Source: Candidatus Nealsonbacteria bacterium DGGOD1a (GTDB taxonomy: Bacteria > Patescibacteriota > Minisyncoccia > Minisyncoccales > UBA5738). Taken from it: DNA of 64,000 nucleotides. The DNA lies in assembly GCA_022530585.1 (NCBI GenBank), contig CP092821.1:326222-390221 (forward strand). The letters run 5' to 3'. Shown one piece after another: positions 8,311 to 17,423 of the stretch. Made by a program: the position numbers and the translations under genes. Under the pieces are notes generated by a model. That model was not told where the DNA came from. It did no database searches and worked only from the letters and a program-made list of their open reading frames with translations. Within the stretch, counting starts at the first letter, position 1; every line of letters starts with the position of its first letter.

Positions 8311-8569
8311 AATCCCGTTCCCGGCGAGTGGCTACAACCACTGCAACCTTGACAGGGAGGCGGTTTTATGATATTGTTTAAACATAACTTAAATTCTCGT
8401 TAGTTTTGTTTAGGCAAAACCTATTCTCGTTAAGCGAGCGGTAATCCGCGAAGTCCTGAGCGTTGCGAAGGGCTATAAGCTTCAAAAACTGGCGAAAAAA
8501 ATGATTGGTCGCTTTTTTTGTTTTGCAAACGCACGCAGGAAAGCCTAAAGACCCGAAGTTATAAAAGAT

Positions 8570-9823
8570 ATGCAGACGAGTACGCAGAGCGGGGAAAAAA
8601 CCCGCGGATATTTTATGAAATCAAGGCTCTCGAGTTTTGGTTCCCGGCCCCGGCGTTTTAACGCCGGCAAGTTCGGCGCCAAGCGCGGGGGAGGCTCAAG
8701 GGGGAATAATTTCCGGGGAGCCAGAATCGATCCGGCAAAATTTGTCAACAAAGCAATCGGGCAAAGCGACCCGGCCGGCGAGAAGCTGTCCGAGACGAAA
8801 TTTTGCGATTTCGAAGTTGATAAGCAATTGAAACAAAGAATCGCGGATAAGGGTTATGTGAACGCCACGCCGATTCAAGCCAAAGCCATTCCGCAGATTC
8901 TGAAAGGGATCGATGTAGTGGGGATTGCCGATACCGGCACGGGGAAAACCGCGGCATTTTTGGTGCCGCTGATCAACAAAGTTTTGGGCAATCGCAAGGC
9001 CAAGGTTTTGATCGTGGCGCCGACGCGCGAATTGGCGGCGCAAACCGACCAGGAATTAAAAAATTTGGCCAAGGGATTAAAGATATTTTCGGTGTGTTGC
9101 GTGGGCGGAACCAGCGTGTCGCGGCAAATGTCCGAATTGCGCTATTTCAATAATTTTATTATCGGAACACCGGGGCGGTTAAAGGATTTAATCGACCGCA
9201 AGCGGATAAATCTGGCGGAATTCTCGACCATTGTTTTGGATGAAGCCGATCGGATGCTTGATATGGGGTTTATCAATGATATGAGATTTTTGATGGCGGG
9301 TATGCCGCAAAACCGCCAGACTTTGTTTTTTTCGGCGACTTTGTCGCCCGAAATCGATCGGCTTATCGGCGAGTTTTTGCGCGATCCGGTGAAAATTTCC
9401 ATCAAAACCCGCGACACTTCGCAGAATGTGGAGCAGGATGTGGTGAAAATCAACGGCCGCAACAAAACCGAAGTTTTGCGCGAGTTGCTGGCGCGGGAAG
9501 AATTCAGCAAAGTGCTGATTTTCGGCCGCACCAAGCATGGCGTGGAAAATCTTTGCAAGACTTTGGAGAAAAACGGCTTTAAAACCGAATCAATCCACGG
9601 CGACAAGAATTATTCGCGCCGCGTGAAATCATTGGAATTGTTCAAGCAGGACCGCATTCAAGTCCTTGTCGCCACCGATGTGGCCGCGCGGGGATTGGAT
9701 ATCGCCAATGTTTCGCATGTGATCAATTATGATTTGCCGCAATCCTACGAGGATTATATCCATCGCATCGGCCGCACCGGCCGCGGCAATCAATACGGCA
9801 AAGCGCTGACCTTTATCGACTAG
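8570..9823 (+). CDS. DEAD-box ATP-dependent RNA helicase (alternative start ATG 8615)
   Basis: Q-motif region, AxTGTGKT, PTRELA, VLDEADRM, SAT, HRIGRTGR. RG-rich N-terminus. Confidence 0.9.
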   Translation: MQTSTQSGEKTRGYFMKSRLSSFGSRPRRFNAGKFGAKRGGGSRGNNFRGARIDPAKFVNKAIGQSDPAGEKLSETKFCDFEVDKQLKQRIADKGYVNATPIQAKAIPQILKGIDVVGIADTGTGKTAAFLVPLINKVLGNRKAKVLIVAPTRELAAQTDQELKNLAKGLKIFSVCCVGGTSVSRQMSELRYFNNFIIGTPGRLKDLIDRKRINLAEFSTIVLDEADRMLDMGFINDMRFLMAGMPQNRQTLFFSATLSPEIDRLIGEFLRDPVKISIKTRDTSQNVEQDVVKINGRNKTEVLRELLAREEFSKVLIFGRTKHGVENLCKTLEKNGFKTESIHGDKNYSRRVKSLELFKQDRIQVLVATDVAARGLDIANVSHVINYDLPQSYEDYIHRIGRTGRGNQYGKALTFID

Positions 9824-9842
9824 TTTGCGTTTCAATTTTTTT

Positions 9843-9869
9843 AAAAATCGCCATTTTGGCGATTTTTTG
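9843..9869 (+). terminator. Intrinsic terminator after helicase
   Basis: AAAATCGCC-ATTTT-GGCGATTTTTTG. Confidence 0.8.
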
Positions 9870-9906
9870 TTAAAATAACCAAGCAACAGCTATAATAATC
9901 AAAAAA

Positions 9907-10779
9907 ATGGAAGATCAAAAATTGGAAAAAATCGAGAAATTGGATTATTACGCGATGGAAACGGCAAAAAATCTGGCCGGTTGGAAATATCCGGAATTGA
10001 AAATCATAAAATCGAGCCGCAATGTTTTCGTGGGTTCGGGCGACGCCGACAACACGGGACGGATTCTGGCGCAGAATTTCGGCGGCGTTGGATTCTCCGT
10101 GGTTGATTACAAAAAGTTTTTTGAGAACAATCCCGAACGCGATTCGGATATCTACATCGTCAACGCGTCGGGCGCGAAAGACGGCGTTAAAATGGCGCGA
10201 TGGCTCACCGAAAACAACTGGCGGCCCAAGTTGATTACTTCCAACCCCGAACCGCCCGCGGGCAAGTTTTTGAAACCCGAGGATATTTTCGTGTTTCCCG
10301 CGATTATGGAACCGCCGACTTACAATGTGAGCACTTACGCGGCCATGCTTTACGGGATTTTAAAAGAAGATGTTGCCGGCCTGGCGGATACGATGGAAAA
10401 TTTGCGGATTCCGGATTTGCGCAAATACAAATTTATTTTCTTTTTAGCCGACGATAAATATGAAATTGTCGGCAGGATGGCCAAGCGGAAAATCGCCGAA
10501 ACCCTGGACGGCATCGGCGCGGACGCGGGCGGATATTCCAACGCGGCGCATGGTATGTTGCTGCAGCCAAATCCCGACCGCTTGGTGTTTTGCCTAAATT
10601 GCAAGTATGACGGAACCGGCGATAGTTACGAGCTGGGTGGTGATTCTTATCTGGGATTGTTGCTTTGCATTCATTATATTATCGGAAAAAACCAGACCGA
10701 CCGAAATTCCGAAACAATCTTGCGCAACTATTTCGAGAACGCCAAAAAACAAGGCTGGAAATTCAACAAAGTTTGGTAA
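9907..10779 (+). CDS. Hypothetical protein (possibly SIS/sugar-isomerase-like fold)
   Basis: 290-aa ORF. Only weak resemblance (VFVGSGDA..); not assignable. Confidence 0.5.
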   Translation: MEDQKLEKIEKLDYYAMETAKNLAGWKYPELKIIKSSRNVFVGSGDADNTGRILAQNFGGVGFSVVDYKKFFENNPERDSDIYIVNASGAKDGVKMARWLTENNWRPKLITSNPEPPAGKFLKPEDIFVFPAIMEPPTYNVSTYAAMLYGILKEDVAGLADTMENLRIPDLRKYKFIFFLADDKYEIVGRMAKRKIAETLDGIGADAGGYSNAAHGMLLQPNPDRLVFCLNCKYDGTGDSYELGGDSYLGLLLCIHYIIGKNQTDRNSETILRNYFENAKKQGWKFNKVW

Positions 10780-11378
10780 AATACTTCAAAAAAGATCGGG
10801 GGGATGATGGCGTCTCGCGCGAAAATATAAAAACAGTCTCGGGATTTTTCTTCCGAGGCTTTGATCAATTGGAGGCAAATCTTGTTTTGTTCGAATATTT
10901 TTTCGCCTCCCAAGCTTTCGCAGGCTTCAAAAAGCCGCGAGCCGGTCATCGTTTTGATCAGGATATTTCGTCTTCCGTGCGGCCATATCAGTTTGGCGAC
11001 CAGTTCTTTTCCCGCGTCGGTTTCTTTCTCCGCGACAGTTGTCAAATCGTCCACGAAAAAAAAGATTTCGTCGCGCAGGATATCGTTCGATTCCGGGATT
11101 CCGATGAAGTCGCCAAAATAATTATCCGCGAAGAGGTTGATTATTTTGCCGTTTTCATCGGTGACGATTTCAAATCCCAGAACAAAACCGGCGATTTTGC
11201 CGTATTCGGCCGCGACCAGGCAAATTGAACCGCGTACCCCCATTTCAAGGCAGTCGCCGCATGTTCTGACCGGGTATCCGACGGGCAATTTCCGGCCGCA
11301 TATCAGGCATTCGCGGCTCTTGCCGTTTGACGGGGCGATGCCATTCAATCCAATCGAATTTGTTTTGCTTATTTTCAT
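10728..11378 (-). CDS. Hypothetical protein with N-terminal CxxC-x13-CxxC zinc ribbon (ORF could extend to 11465)
   Basis: Start chosen at MKISKTN.. (ATG 11378). CLICGRKLP..CGDC. The 3' end overlaps the convergent gene by 52 nt. Confidence 0.45.
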   Translation of the reverse strand: MKISKTNSIGLNGIAPSNGKSRECLICGRKLPVGYPVRTCGDCLEMGVRGSICLVAAEYGKIAGFVLGFEIVTDENGKIINLFADNYFGDFIGIPESNDILRDEIFFFVDDLTTVAEKETDAGKELVAKLIWPHGRRNILIKTMTGSRLFEACESLGGEKIFEQNKICLQLIKASEEKSRDCFYIFARDAIIPPIFFEVFYQTLLNFQPCFLAFSK

Positions 11379-11477
11379 TTTTCGACCACTCCGTTTTTTT
11401 AAAGAACCGCTTCCCCGAAGGATGCGCAACAAAAAACCCTTCCGGGAAGGGATTGACAGTGGCAAAATTTGTAAAAT

Positions 11478-11801
11478 TTAAAACCGACCGCGGCCAATCT
11501 CCGCCCGGGAGCGTTGGTTGCGGCGATGCAAACGGTTTAGAATGGTTTTGTAGCCGCCCAGCGGGCCGTTGAGCCATTTGGAAACGCGGGCAATCGTGGT
11601 TGAGCTTAGGCCGGTGGCATTGACGATGGCCGAATAGGGGATTTTTTCCGAAAGCATTCGTGCGGCTTTCAGCCGGTTGGCGAATTCTTTGATTTCGTCT
11701 TCGGTCATCAAATCGCGCAAAAAAGCTTGGGTTTCCCCAATAGTTTTAAACGCCAGAAACGCGCTGATCAAATTTTGTTTATCCTCATTTTTCCAATCCA
11801 T
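11478..11801 (-). CDS. TrpR-like YerC/YecD family DNA-binding protein
   Basis: 107 aa. FLRDLMTEDEIKEFANRLKAARML..IPYSAIVNATGLSSTTIARVSKWL matches the Trp-repressor-related family pattern. Confidence 0.75.
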   Translation of the reverse strand: MDWKNEDKQNLISAFLAFKTIGETQAFLRDLMTEDEIKEFANRLKAARMLSEKIPYSAIVNATGLSSTTIARVSKWLNGPLGGYKTILNRLHRRNQRSRAEIGRGRF

Positions 11802-12006
11802 ATTATCACTTTATCAAACTAAATTACTTTAGTCAAGTAAACTAACAAAAAATATAATCAAATTGCCTTGAGATCATCTCGATTTGAGAATCATTATCGC
11901 GGGGCGTTTCGCGCCAGCGGACCTTATTATGACATTGATAATTTTTTCTAAAAAAGTTAGTTTAAAAACAGATTTGCCAAACCCAACCGCGTATAAAGCC
12001 AAAAAT

Positions 12007-12660
12007 ATGAATTTTCCTCAAATCAACATAAAAAATAAATTTATTCCCCGGGCGGCGATCGCGGTTATTATTGTCGCGGTTTTTATCGTTGCTTATTTGA
12101 ACGATCGCAGAACGCCTTCCGGCGGCGCCGACGCGCGGGATCAGGAGTCGCGAGAACAATCGCCGGTGTTGACTGATCCTCAAAACAATATCGGGACTAC
12201 CGAGGGTGACGGCAAGTTCGCGCCGCTTTTGGAAACCGAAATTGGCGCGGTAAGCAATCCGGTTTCATCGTCAACCGCTCCCGAAGCCGGACGGATCGCG
12301 GGCAAGGTTTGTTTTGGCGAGCAATGTTATGGCGTGGAATTGGCAAAGACTTCGCAGGAAATCGAGCGTGGTTTGATGTACCGGGCAAGCTTGGATAAAG
12401 ACAAGGGGATGCTGTTTGATTTCGGCGGCGCCGGAATCCATAAATTTTGGATGAAAAACACTTTGATCAGTTTGGACATAATCTGGATCGGCACGGACAA
12501 AAAAATAATTTTTATTTCAAACAATATCTCGCCTTGTATCAAAGACCCTTGTCCGCTATACGGGCCGGATTTTTCGGCCAGATATGTTATTGAAGTGAAC
12601 GGCGGCGAAATGAAGCGTTTGGGCGCGAAAATTGGCGATATCGTGAAGATCGAACAATAA
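12007..12660 (+). CDS. DUF192 domain protein with N-terminal TM anchor
   Basis: GLMYRASLDKDKGMLFDF..FWMKNTLISLDIIWI. The ORF track starts at 11884, but ATG 12007 precedes the TM helix. Confidence 0.7.
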   Translation: MNFPQINIKNKFIPRAAIAVIIVAVFIVAYLNDRRTPSGGADARDQESREQSPVLTDPQNNIGTTEGDGKFAPLLETEIGAVSNPVSSSTAPEAGRIAGKVCFGEQCYGVELAKTSQEIERGLMYRASLDKDKGMLFDFGGAGIHKFWMKNTLISLDIIWIGTDKKIIFISNNISPCIKDPCPLYGPDFSARYVIEVNGGEMKRLGAKIGDIVKIEQ

Positions 12661-12697
12661 AAAATCGCTTGACCTTTGCATTCGCGCTATCCATTGC

Positions 12698-12755
12698 CGC
12701 AAATCCGTTGAGGATTGACCTCCCAAAAGCTGAGGTCAAACCTCAACAAATTTGC
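12698..12755. repeat. Palindromic intergenic element, family B
   Basis: GCAAATCCGTTGAGGATTGACCTC-loop-GAGGTCAAACCTCAACAAATTTGC. Same module at 28570-28633 and, in inverted form, at 15488-15546. Confidence 0.85.
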
Positions 12756-12775
12756 TTACCGGGTAACAATTACAT

Positions 12776-15448
12776 TTAACCCAAATTCAATTCCGCGGAG
12801 CCGCTGTCCGGGTTTTCAGCGATTGTGAATCCTTCTTTTTTAACCAGAGCTTTGATGGCGTAGTTGTCTTTCAGAAAGTTAAGATAGATTTTTTTCAATC
12901 CTTGCTGGCGGGCGATGCGGATCATATGATCGGTGATTTTTTTGCCCAATCCTTTTCTTTGCCAAGCGTCGGCCACCACAATCGCGAATTCCGCGGTTAC
13001 ATTGGGTTCTTCTTCAATGAGACGGCCCGCGCCGATGGTGGTTTTCTTGCCTTTTTCTTCAATCTCGGCGATAATCGCGGTTTCGCGTTCATAATCGATT
13101 TGGGTGAAGTGGCGCGCGAATTTGGCGTCGAAATTTTCCGGCGCGTTGAAAAACCGAAAGCGTTTGCTTTCCTCGGAGAGATTGTTCAGGAATTCCCGGT
13201 GGCGCGGTTCGTCTTCGGCCATAATGGGCCGAAGGAGCGCTTTCTGTCCGCCGGCAATCGTTATGCGGCTTTCATATTCTTTGATATAGGGCAGTATCGC
13301 CAAATGGGAGTATGGTTTGGGCGGATTGGCGATAGCTTCGGGATCGAAAACGACTTTCGCGTCAACGATAAGAACACCTTCCGTGTCCGCGGCCAGCGGA
13401 TTGATGTCGATTTCTTTGATTTGCGGAAAATCAGCCAGCAGATAGGAAAATTTGTACAGGAAAAATTGCAATTCGGCAATGTTGGCGCCCGGCATATTCC
13501 GATAGCCCTTGAGCAGGGTGAAAATTTTGGTTTGCTCCATCAGGTTTTTTGCCAGCGCCATATTCAGCGGCGGCAAGCCGATGGTTACATCGTTAAAAAC
13601 TTCCACGGCCACGCCGCCCATTCCAAAAACGATTACCGGGCCGAACATCGGATCTTTTTTCGCGCCCACAATCAGCTCGAATTTTTTGGAAACCATTTTT
13701 TCCACGGTTATGCCTTCAATATCCTTGGGATCGATGTAGTTTTTGGCGCTTTCCATGATTTGGCCAAAAGCTTTTTTAGCTTCGCCGGCCGACCGGATAT
13801 CAAGTTTTATGCCGCTAACTTCGGTTTTGTGCAATAGTCCGGCCGCTTCCAGTTTTATGGCCGCGGGAAAACCGATTTTTTTGGCGATTGCCGCCGCCCG
13901 TGCCGCGGTTTTGGCCAAATAGGCGGGGTTGGCGGCCAGACCGTAACAGCTTAAAAATTTTCGGGCCGGCGCGCCGGTGAGAATAAATCTTTTTTCTTCC
14001 GCCGCCCGTTCCATTATTATCCGCGCGGTTTGGGTGTCGGGGACAAATTGCGCCGGAATCGCTTCGGGCGGAGTTTGGATGTCGTCCAGATTTTTTTGCC
14101 ATTCGTTGATGCCCAGAAAACAGGCGATCGCTTTTTCCGGCGTGCGATAAACCGGAATGCCGGCGCCAAGCAATATCCGGACGCCGTCTTTTACTCGTTG
14201 CTGGCCCATAAATGACGCGAACACCGGTTTGCCGCCAATGTTGGGAAGATCGGCGATTTCGCGCGCGATTTGGCCGCTTTTGGTGACCGCTTGCGGGGTC
14301 AAAGTGATCATTATTCCGTCAACATTCGGATCGTTTAGGCAGGCTTCCACCGCGGCGCGGTAATGTTGGGGCTGGCCATCGCCCAAAACATCGATAGGGT
14401 TGCTTTTGCTCCATGCCGGCGGCAGTTGGGTGTTTAAAGTTTGAACGGTGGCCTGCGAAATTTCCGCCAGACGCCCGCCGTTGCCGGTCAAGAAATCAGT
14501 GGAGATCACGCCCGGACCGCCGGCATTGGTCACGATGGCCAAACGGTTGCCGGCGGGTTTTTTGTAGTGATTCAAAGTTTTGGCATAATTGAACAGTTCG
14601 CTGATGGTGGCGGCGCGAATCACGCCGGCGCGCGCAAACGCGGCTTGAAAGACTTTATTGTCGCCGGCGATCGTGCCGGTGTGCGAGGCCACGGCTTTTA
14701 CGCCGGCGGCGTCCACGCCGGATTTCAAACACACGATCGGTTTGGTTTTGGAAAACGCGCGCGCCGAACTCATAAACTTGCGCGCGTCGTTTAGCGATTC
14801 CATATACAGCAGAATGCTGGTTACATTGGGATCGGTGTCGAAATAATCGATCAGTTCATCGAAACTGATGTCAGCCATCGAGCCGATGGAAACAAAATAG
14901 GAAAATCCCACATTGTCGCCCAAAGACCAATCCAAGAATGTGTCGCACAAAGCGCCGCTTTGCGACACGAACGCGATATTCCCGGGGTTGGGCATTTCGG
15001 GCGCGAAGCTGGCATTTAACGAAATTCGCGGGTTGATGAATCCCAGACAATTGGGTCCCAGAATTTTGACCCCGTATTTTTTGCCCGCGGCCTGGATCCG
15101 GTCAAACATTTTTTGGCCTTCGGCGCCGGCTTCTTTGAAACCCGAAGAGATGATCGCGACGCCGCTGACTTTGGCTTTGCCGCATTCGATCACCAGATCG
15201 AGCACGGTTGGCGCGGGCGTGGCAATGATCGCCAAATCAATATGTTCGCCAATATCGGAAACCGAGCAATAAGCTTTAACCCCTTGCACGGTTTTGGCCT
15301 TGATATTCACCGGAAACGCTTTGCCGCCAAACGCGCTGTCCTTGATATTCTTGAAAATCGAATACCCGACCGAATTTTCCCGGTCATTGGCGCCGATGAC
15401 CGCGACGGTTTTGGGATTGAAGAAGTTGTGAAGTTGGGCAAGTGACAT
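12776..15448 (-). CDS. Pat/YfiQ-type bifunctional ADP-forming acyl-CoA synthetase-like / GNAT acetyltransferase
   Basis: 890 aa. N-terminal CoA-binding region (VAVIGANDRENSVGY), ligase-CoA and ATP-grasp regions, C-terminal GNAT (VVADAWQRKGLGKKI). Confidence 0.85.
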   Translation of the reverse strand: MSLAQLHNFFNPKTVAVIGANDRENSVGYSIFKNIKDSAFGGKAFPVNIKAKTVQGVKAYCSVSDIGEHIDLAIIATPAPTVLDLVIECGKAKVSGVAIISSGFKEAGAEGQKMFDRIQAAGKKYGVKILGPNCLGFINPRISLNASFAPEMPNPGNIAFVSQSGALCDTFLDWSLGDNVGFSYFVSIGSMADISFDELIDYFDTDPNVTSILLYMESLNDARKFMSSARAFSKTKPIVCLKSGVDAAGVKAVASHTGTIAGDNKVFQAAFARAGVIRAATISELFNYAKTLNHYKKPAGNRLAIVTNAGGPGVISTDFLTGNGGRLAEISQATVQTLNTQLPPAWSKSNPIDVLGDGQPQHYRAAVEACLNDPNVDGIMITLTPQAVTKSGQIAREIADLPNIGGKPVFASFMGQQRVKDGVRILLGAGIPVYRTPEKAIACFLGINEWQKNLDDIQTPPEAIPAQFVPDTQTARIIMERAAEEKRFILTGAPARKFLSCYGLAANPAYLAKTAARAAAIAKKIGFPAAIKLEAAGLLHKTEVSGIKLDIRSAGEAKKAFGQIMESAKNYIDPKDIEGITVEKMVSKKFELIVGAKKDPMFGPVIVFGMGGVAVEVFNDVTIGLPPLNMALAKNLMEQTKIFTLLKGYRNMPGANIAELQFFLYKFSYLLADFPQIKEIDINPLAADTEGVLIVDAKVVFDPEAIANPPKPYSHLAILPYIKEYESRITIAGGQKALLRPIMAEDEPRHREFLNNLSEESKRFRFFNAPENFDAKFARHFTQIDYERETAIIAEIEEKGKKTTIGAGRLIEEEPNVTAEFAIVVADAWQRKGLGKKITDHMIRIARQQGLKKIYLNFLKDNYAIKALVKKEGFTIAENPDSGSAELNLG

Positions 15449-15487
15449 AATATTTTAGAATAGTGAAAAATTTAAACTCGCGCGAAA

Positions 15488-15546
15488 GTTGAATTCGTGG
15501 AGGTTTGACCTCGGCTTTTGGGAAGTCAATCCTCAACGAATTCAAC
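15488..15546. repeat. Palindromic intergenic element, family B (inverted orientation)
   Basis: GTTGAATTCGTGGAGGTTTGACCTC-GGCTTTTGGG-AAGTCAATCCTCAACGAATTCAAC. Confidence 0.85.
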
Positions 15547-15857
15547 GGCTGGGGATAATTGCCATTTGTTTATTCTACCTTGTTATCGCATTTTTTAAAA
15601 ATTCGAGTATTCGCGTTTGTAAAATAAAAAACGCCAACGCGTTTATAAAAAGAGAGAAAGCAGAACGGTTTTATATTGTGCTCTGCTTATGAAAGGGGTG
15701 GCCGCTTGGTCAATGAAGGGATAGGAGGAGAATTCCAAGCGGCCGCTACAATAAGGAAGGAACTATGACTCGGGAGAGTATATCGTAATAATACGATAAA
15801 CCTCCAAGTCTATTTTTTATATAGCATATCCATAAAATTTGTCAATGCATTGCACGC

Positions 15858-15888
15858 TTGACATTGATCTATCAATGTTTTATATAAT
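15858..15888 (+). promoter_or_regulatory. Strong sigma70-type promoter
   Basis: TTGACA (15858-15863), 17-nt spacer, TATATA/TATAAT (15881-15888). Confidence 0.6.
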
Positions 15889-15934
15889 TAGTGATCTCTT
15901 AGGGATAGGAGATTCAAAATAAAAGAGGTGAAAT

Positions 15935-16048
15935 ATGCATCAGCGGATTTTTCTTTCCTACCTCCATGAGTTGGCCAGCCAACTTTTGGATGGGAGGAAT
16001 GTGACTGTTGAAAGTCACATCGATAGGTACCATCCAAAGCGTTATTAG
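15935..16048 (+). CDS. Possible 37-aa leader/micro-ORF overlapping a three-tier hairpin
   Basis: AAGAGGTGA Shine-Dalgarno 5 nt before the ATG. MHQRIFLSYLHELASQLLDGRNVTVESHIDRYHPKRY. Could instead be a non-coding structured RNA. Confidence 0.3.
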   Translation: MHQRIFLSYLHELASQLLDGRNVTVESHIDRYHPKRY

Positions 16049-16165
16049 TGGCTGGTATGGCAATAGATAGGGAGGATGAGGGCGCAAAATTTTACTTTGT
16101 TTTGCCCGAACCTCTCTCTTTTTAATTTATAAACAGATAGGCAAAAGCCTTGTTTTTGTTTATGT

Positions 16166-16507
16166 TTGATGGCTATTGACGGCGCCAACGGGCAAGATAC
16201 AATGGATTTACTAAATCATAATCAATTAAAAAATATGGAACCAAATCAAAAGTGTTATGATTGCAAGGCCGATATCGAGATCGAGGGCGACCGGATAAAA
16301 AACGGCGTGTTGCTTTCCTATAAAGAAGGCGATAAGGAATATGAGGTTTTCAAGTGCAGCGATTGTTACAAAGCCAGTCCGCGCTTGACCGATTACAAAC
16401 CTTGCGAAGTTTATTCGCGGGTCTGCGGTTATTTGCGGCCGGTCGGGCAATGGAACGCGGGCAAACAACAAGAATATAAAGAAAGGAAAGAATATAAAAA
16501 TTCTTAA
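16166..16507 (+). CDS. Stand-alone NrdD C-terminal-like glycyl-radical/zinc-ribbon mini-protein (start uncertain; internal ATGs at 16169, 16202, 16235)
   Basis: CYDC..CSDC Cys pairs followed by EVYSRVCGYLRPVGQWNAGKQQEYKERKEY. This matches the RVCGY glycyl-radical loop and NxGKxxE tail of class III ribonucleotide reductase. Confidence 0.6.
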   Translation: MMAIDGANGQDTMDLLNHNQLKNMEPNQKCYDCKADIEIEGDRIKNGVLLSYKEGDKEYEVFKCSDCYKASPRLTDYKPCEVYSRVCGYLRPVGQWNAGKQQEYKERKEYKNS

Positions 16508-16664
16508 ATCCGAATATTCGAATGTTCGAAATCCGAAACAATATCGAAATTAAAATATCGAATGACCAAAACAAAAAAATTGCATTTTGTTTTGAAAATT
16601 TAAATTTTGAAAATTAGAATTTGTTTCGGATTTCGATACTCGTGTTTCGAATTTTGCTACTTTT

Positions 16665-17249
16665 ATGGATAAAACTCTTATTAATTTGGCCAAGGCGTTT
16701 GTGGGCGAATCGCAGGCGCGCAACCGTTATACGATGTACGCCAAGATCGCGCGCAAGGAAGGGTTTGAACAGATCGCCGAGGTTTTTTTGATGAGCGCGG
16801 ATAACGAACGGGAACACGCCAGCTGGCTGTTCAAACTGATCAACCAGTTGCAGGCCAAGGCCGGCAAGGCCGGAGAAAAGATTGCGGTTGAGGCTGAAGT
16901 GCCCACGGTTTACGAAACCACCGTTGATAATTTGAAAGCCGCGATCGCGGGCGAAAATTACGAACACACGCAAATGTATCCCGAGTTCGCGCGGGTTGCC
17001 GACGAGGAAGGTTTGCCCGATATCGCCCGGCGCTTGCGGGCGATTGCCAAGGCCGAAGAGCACCACGAGAACCGTTATCAAAAAATCTTGGAAGTGATCG
17101 AGGCCGGCACGGTGTTCAGCAAGGCGGCCGATTCCTGGTGGGTTTGCCGCGAGTGCGGTTACATCCACTTTGGCAAAATTCCGCCGGAAGTTTGCCCGTC
17201 CTGTGATCACGCCCGGGCTTTCTACCAGTTGCGGTGCGAGAAGTATTAG
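16665..17249 (+). CDS. rbr: Rubrerythrin
   Basis: Diiron four-helix motifs (GESQARNRY, EREHASW, GENYEHT, EEHHENRY) plus C-terminal rubredoxin CRECG..CPSC. Confidence 0.9.
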   Translation: MDKTLINLAKAFVGESQARNRYTMYAKIARKEGFEQIAEVFLMSADNEREHASWLFKLINQLQAKAGKAGEKIAVEAEVPTVYETTVDNLKAAIAGENYEHTQMYPEFARVADEEGLPDIARRLRAIAKAEEHHENRYQKILEVIEAGTVFSKAADSWWVCRECGYIHFGKIPPEVCPSCDHARAFYQLRCEKY

Positions 17250-17260
17250 AGGGGGGCAAT

Positions 17261-17366
17261 CAATCGTGGGTAACTATTTTTGCGACGCGCATAATTTTCT
17301 GCTGAAAATTTGCTTTCGCTCGCGCCGTCGCGCTCGCGGCATCGCAAAAATAGTTGCCCACGATTG
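17261..17366. repeat. Long hairpin (25-bp arms, 1 G-U) downstream of rbr
   Basis: CAATCGTGGGTAACTATTTTTGCGA (17261-17285) pairs with TCGCAAAAATAGTTGCCCACGATTG (17342-17366). Confidence 0.8.
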
Positions 17367-17423
17367 ATTTTTTGGGAGAGAGAAGAAGACGGGGAACCGC
17401 TTTTTTTGTGTTAAAATATAATT

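Noticed and set aside
8321-8331. Shared 11-mer CCGGCGAGTGG upstream of the DEAD-box helicase (8321-8331) and the RRM gene (32454-32464)
   Set aside because: Hundreds of 11-mer coincidences are expected by chance in 64 kb. The two copies sit in different contexts (upstream of a promoter versus inside a leader) and form different local hairpins.
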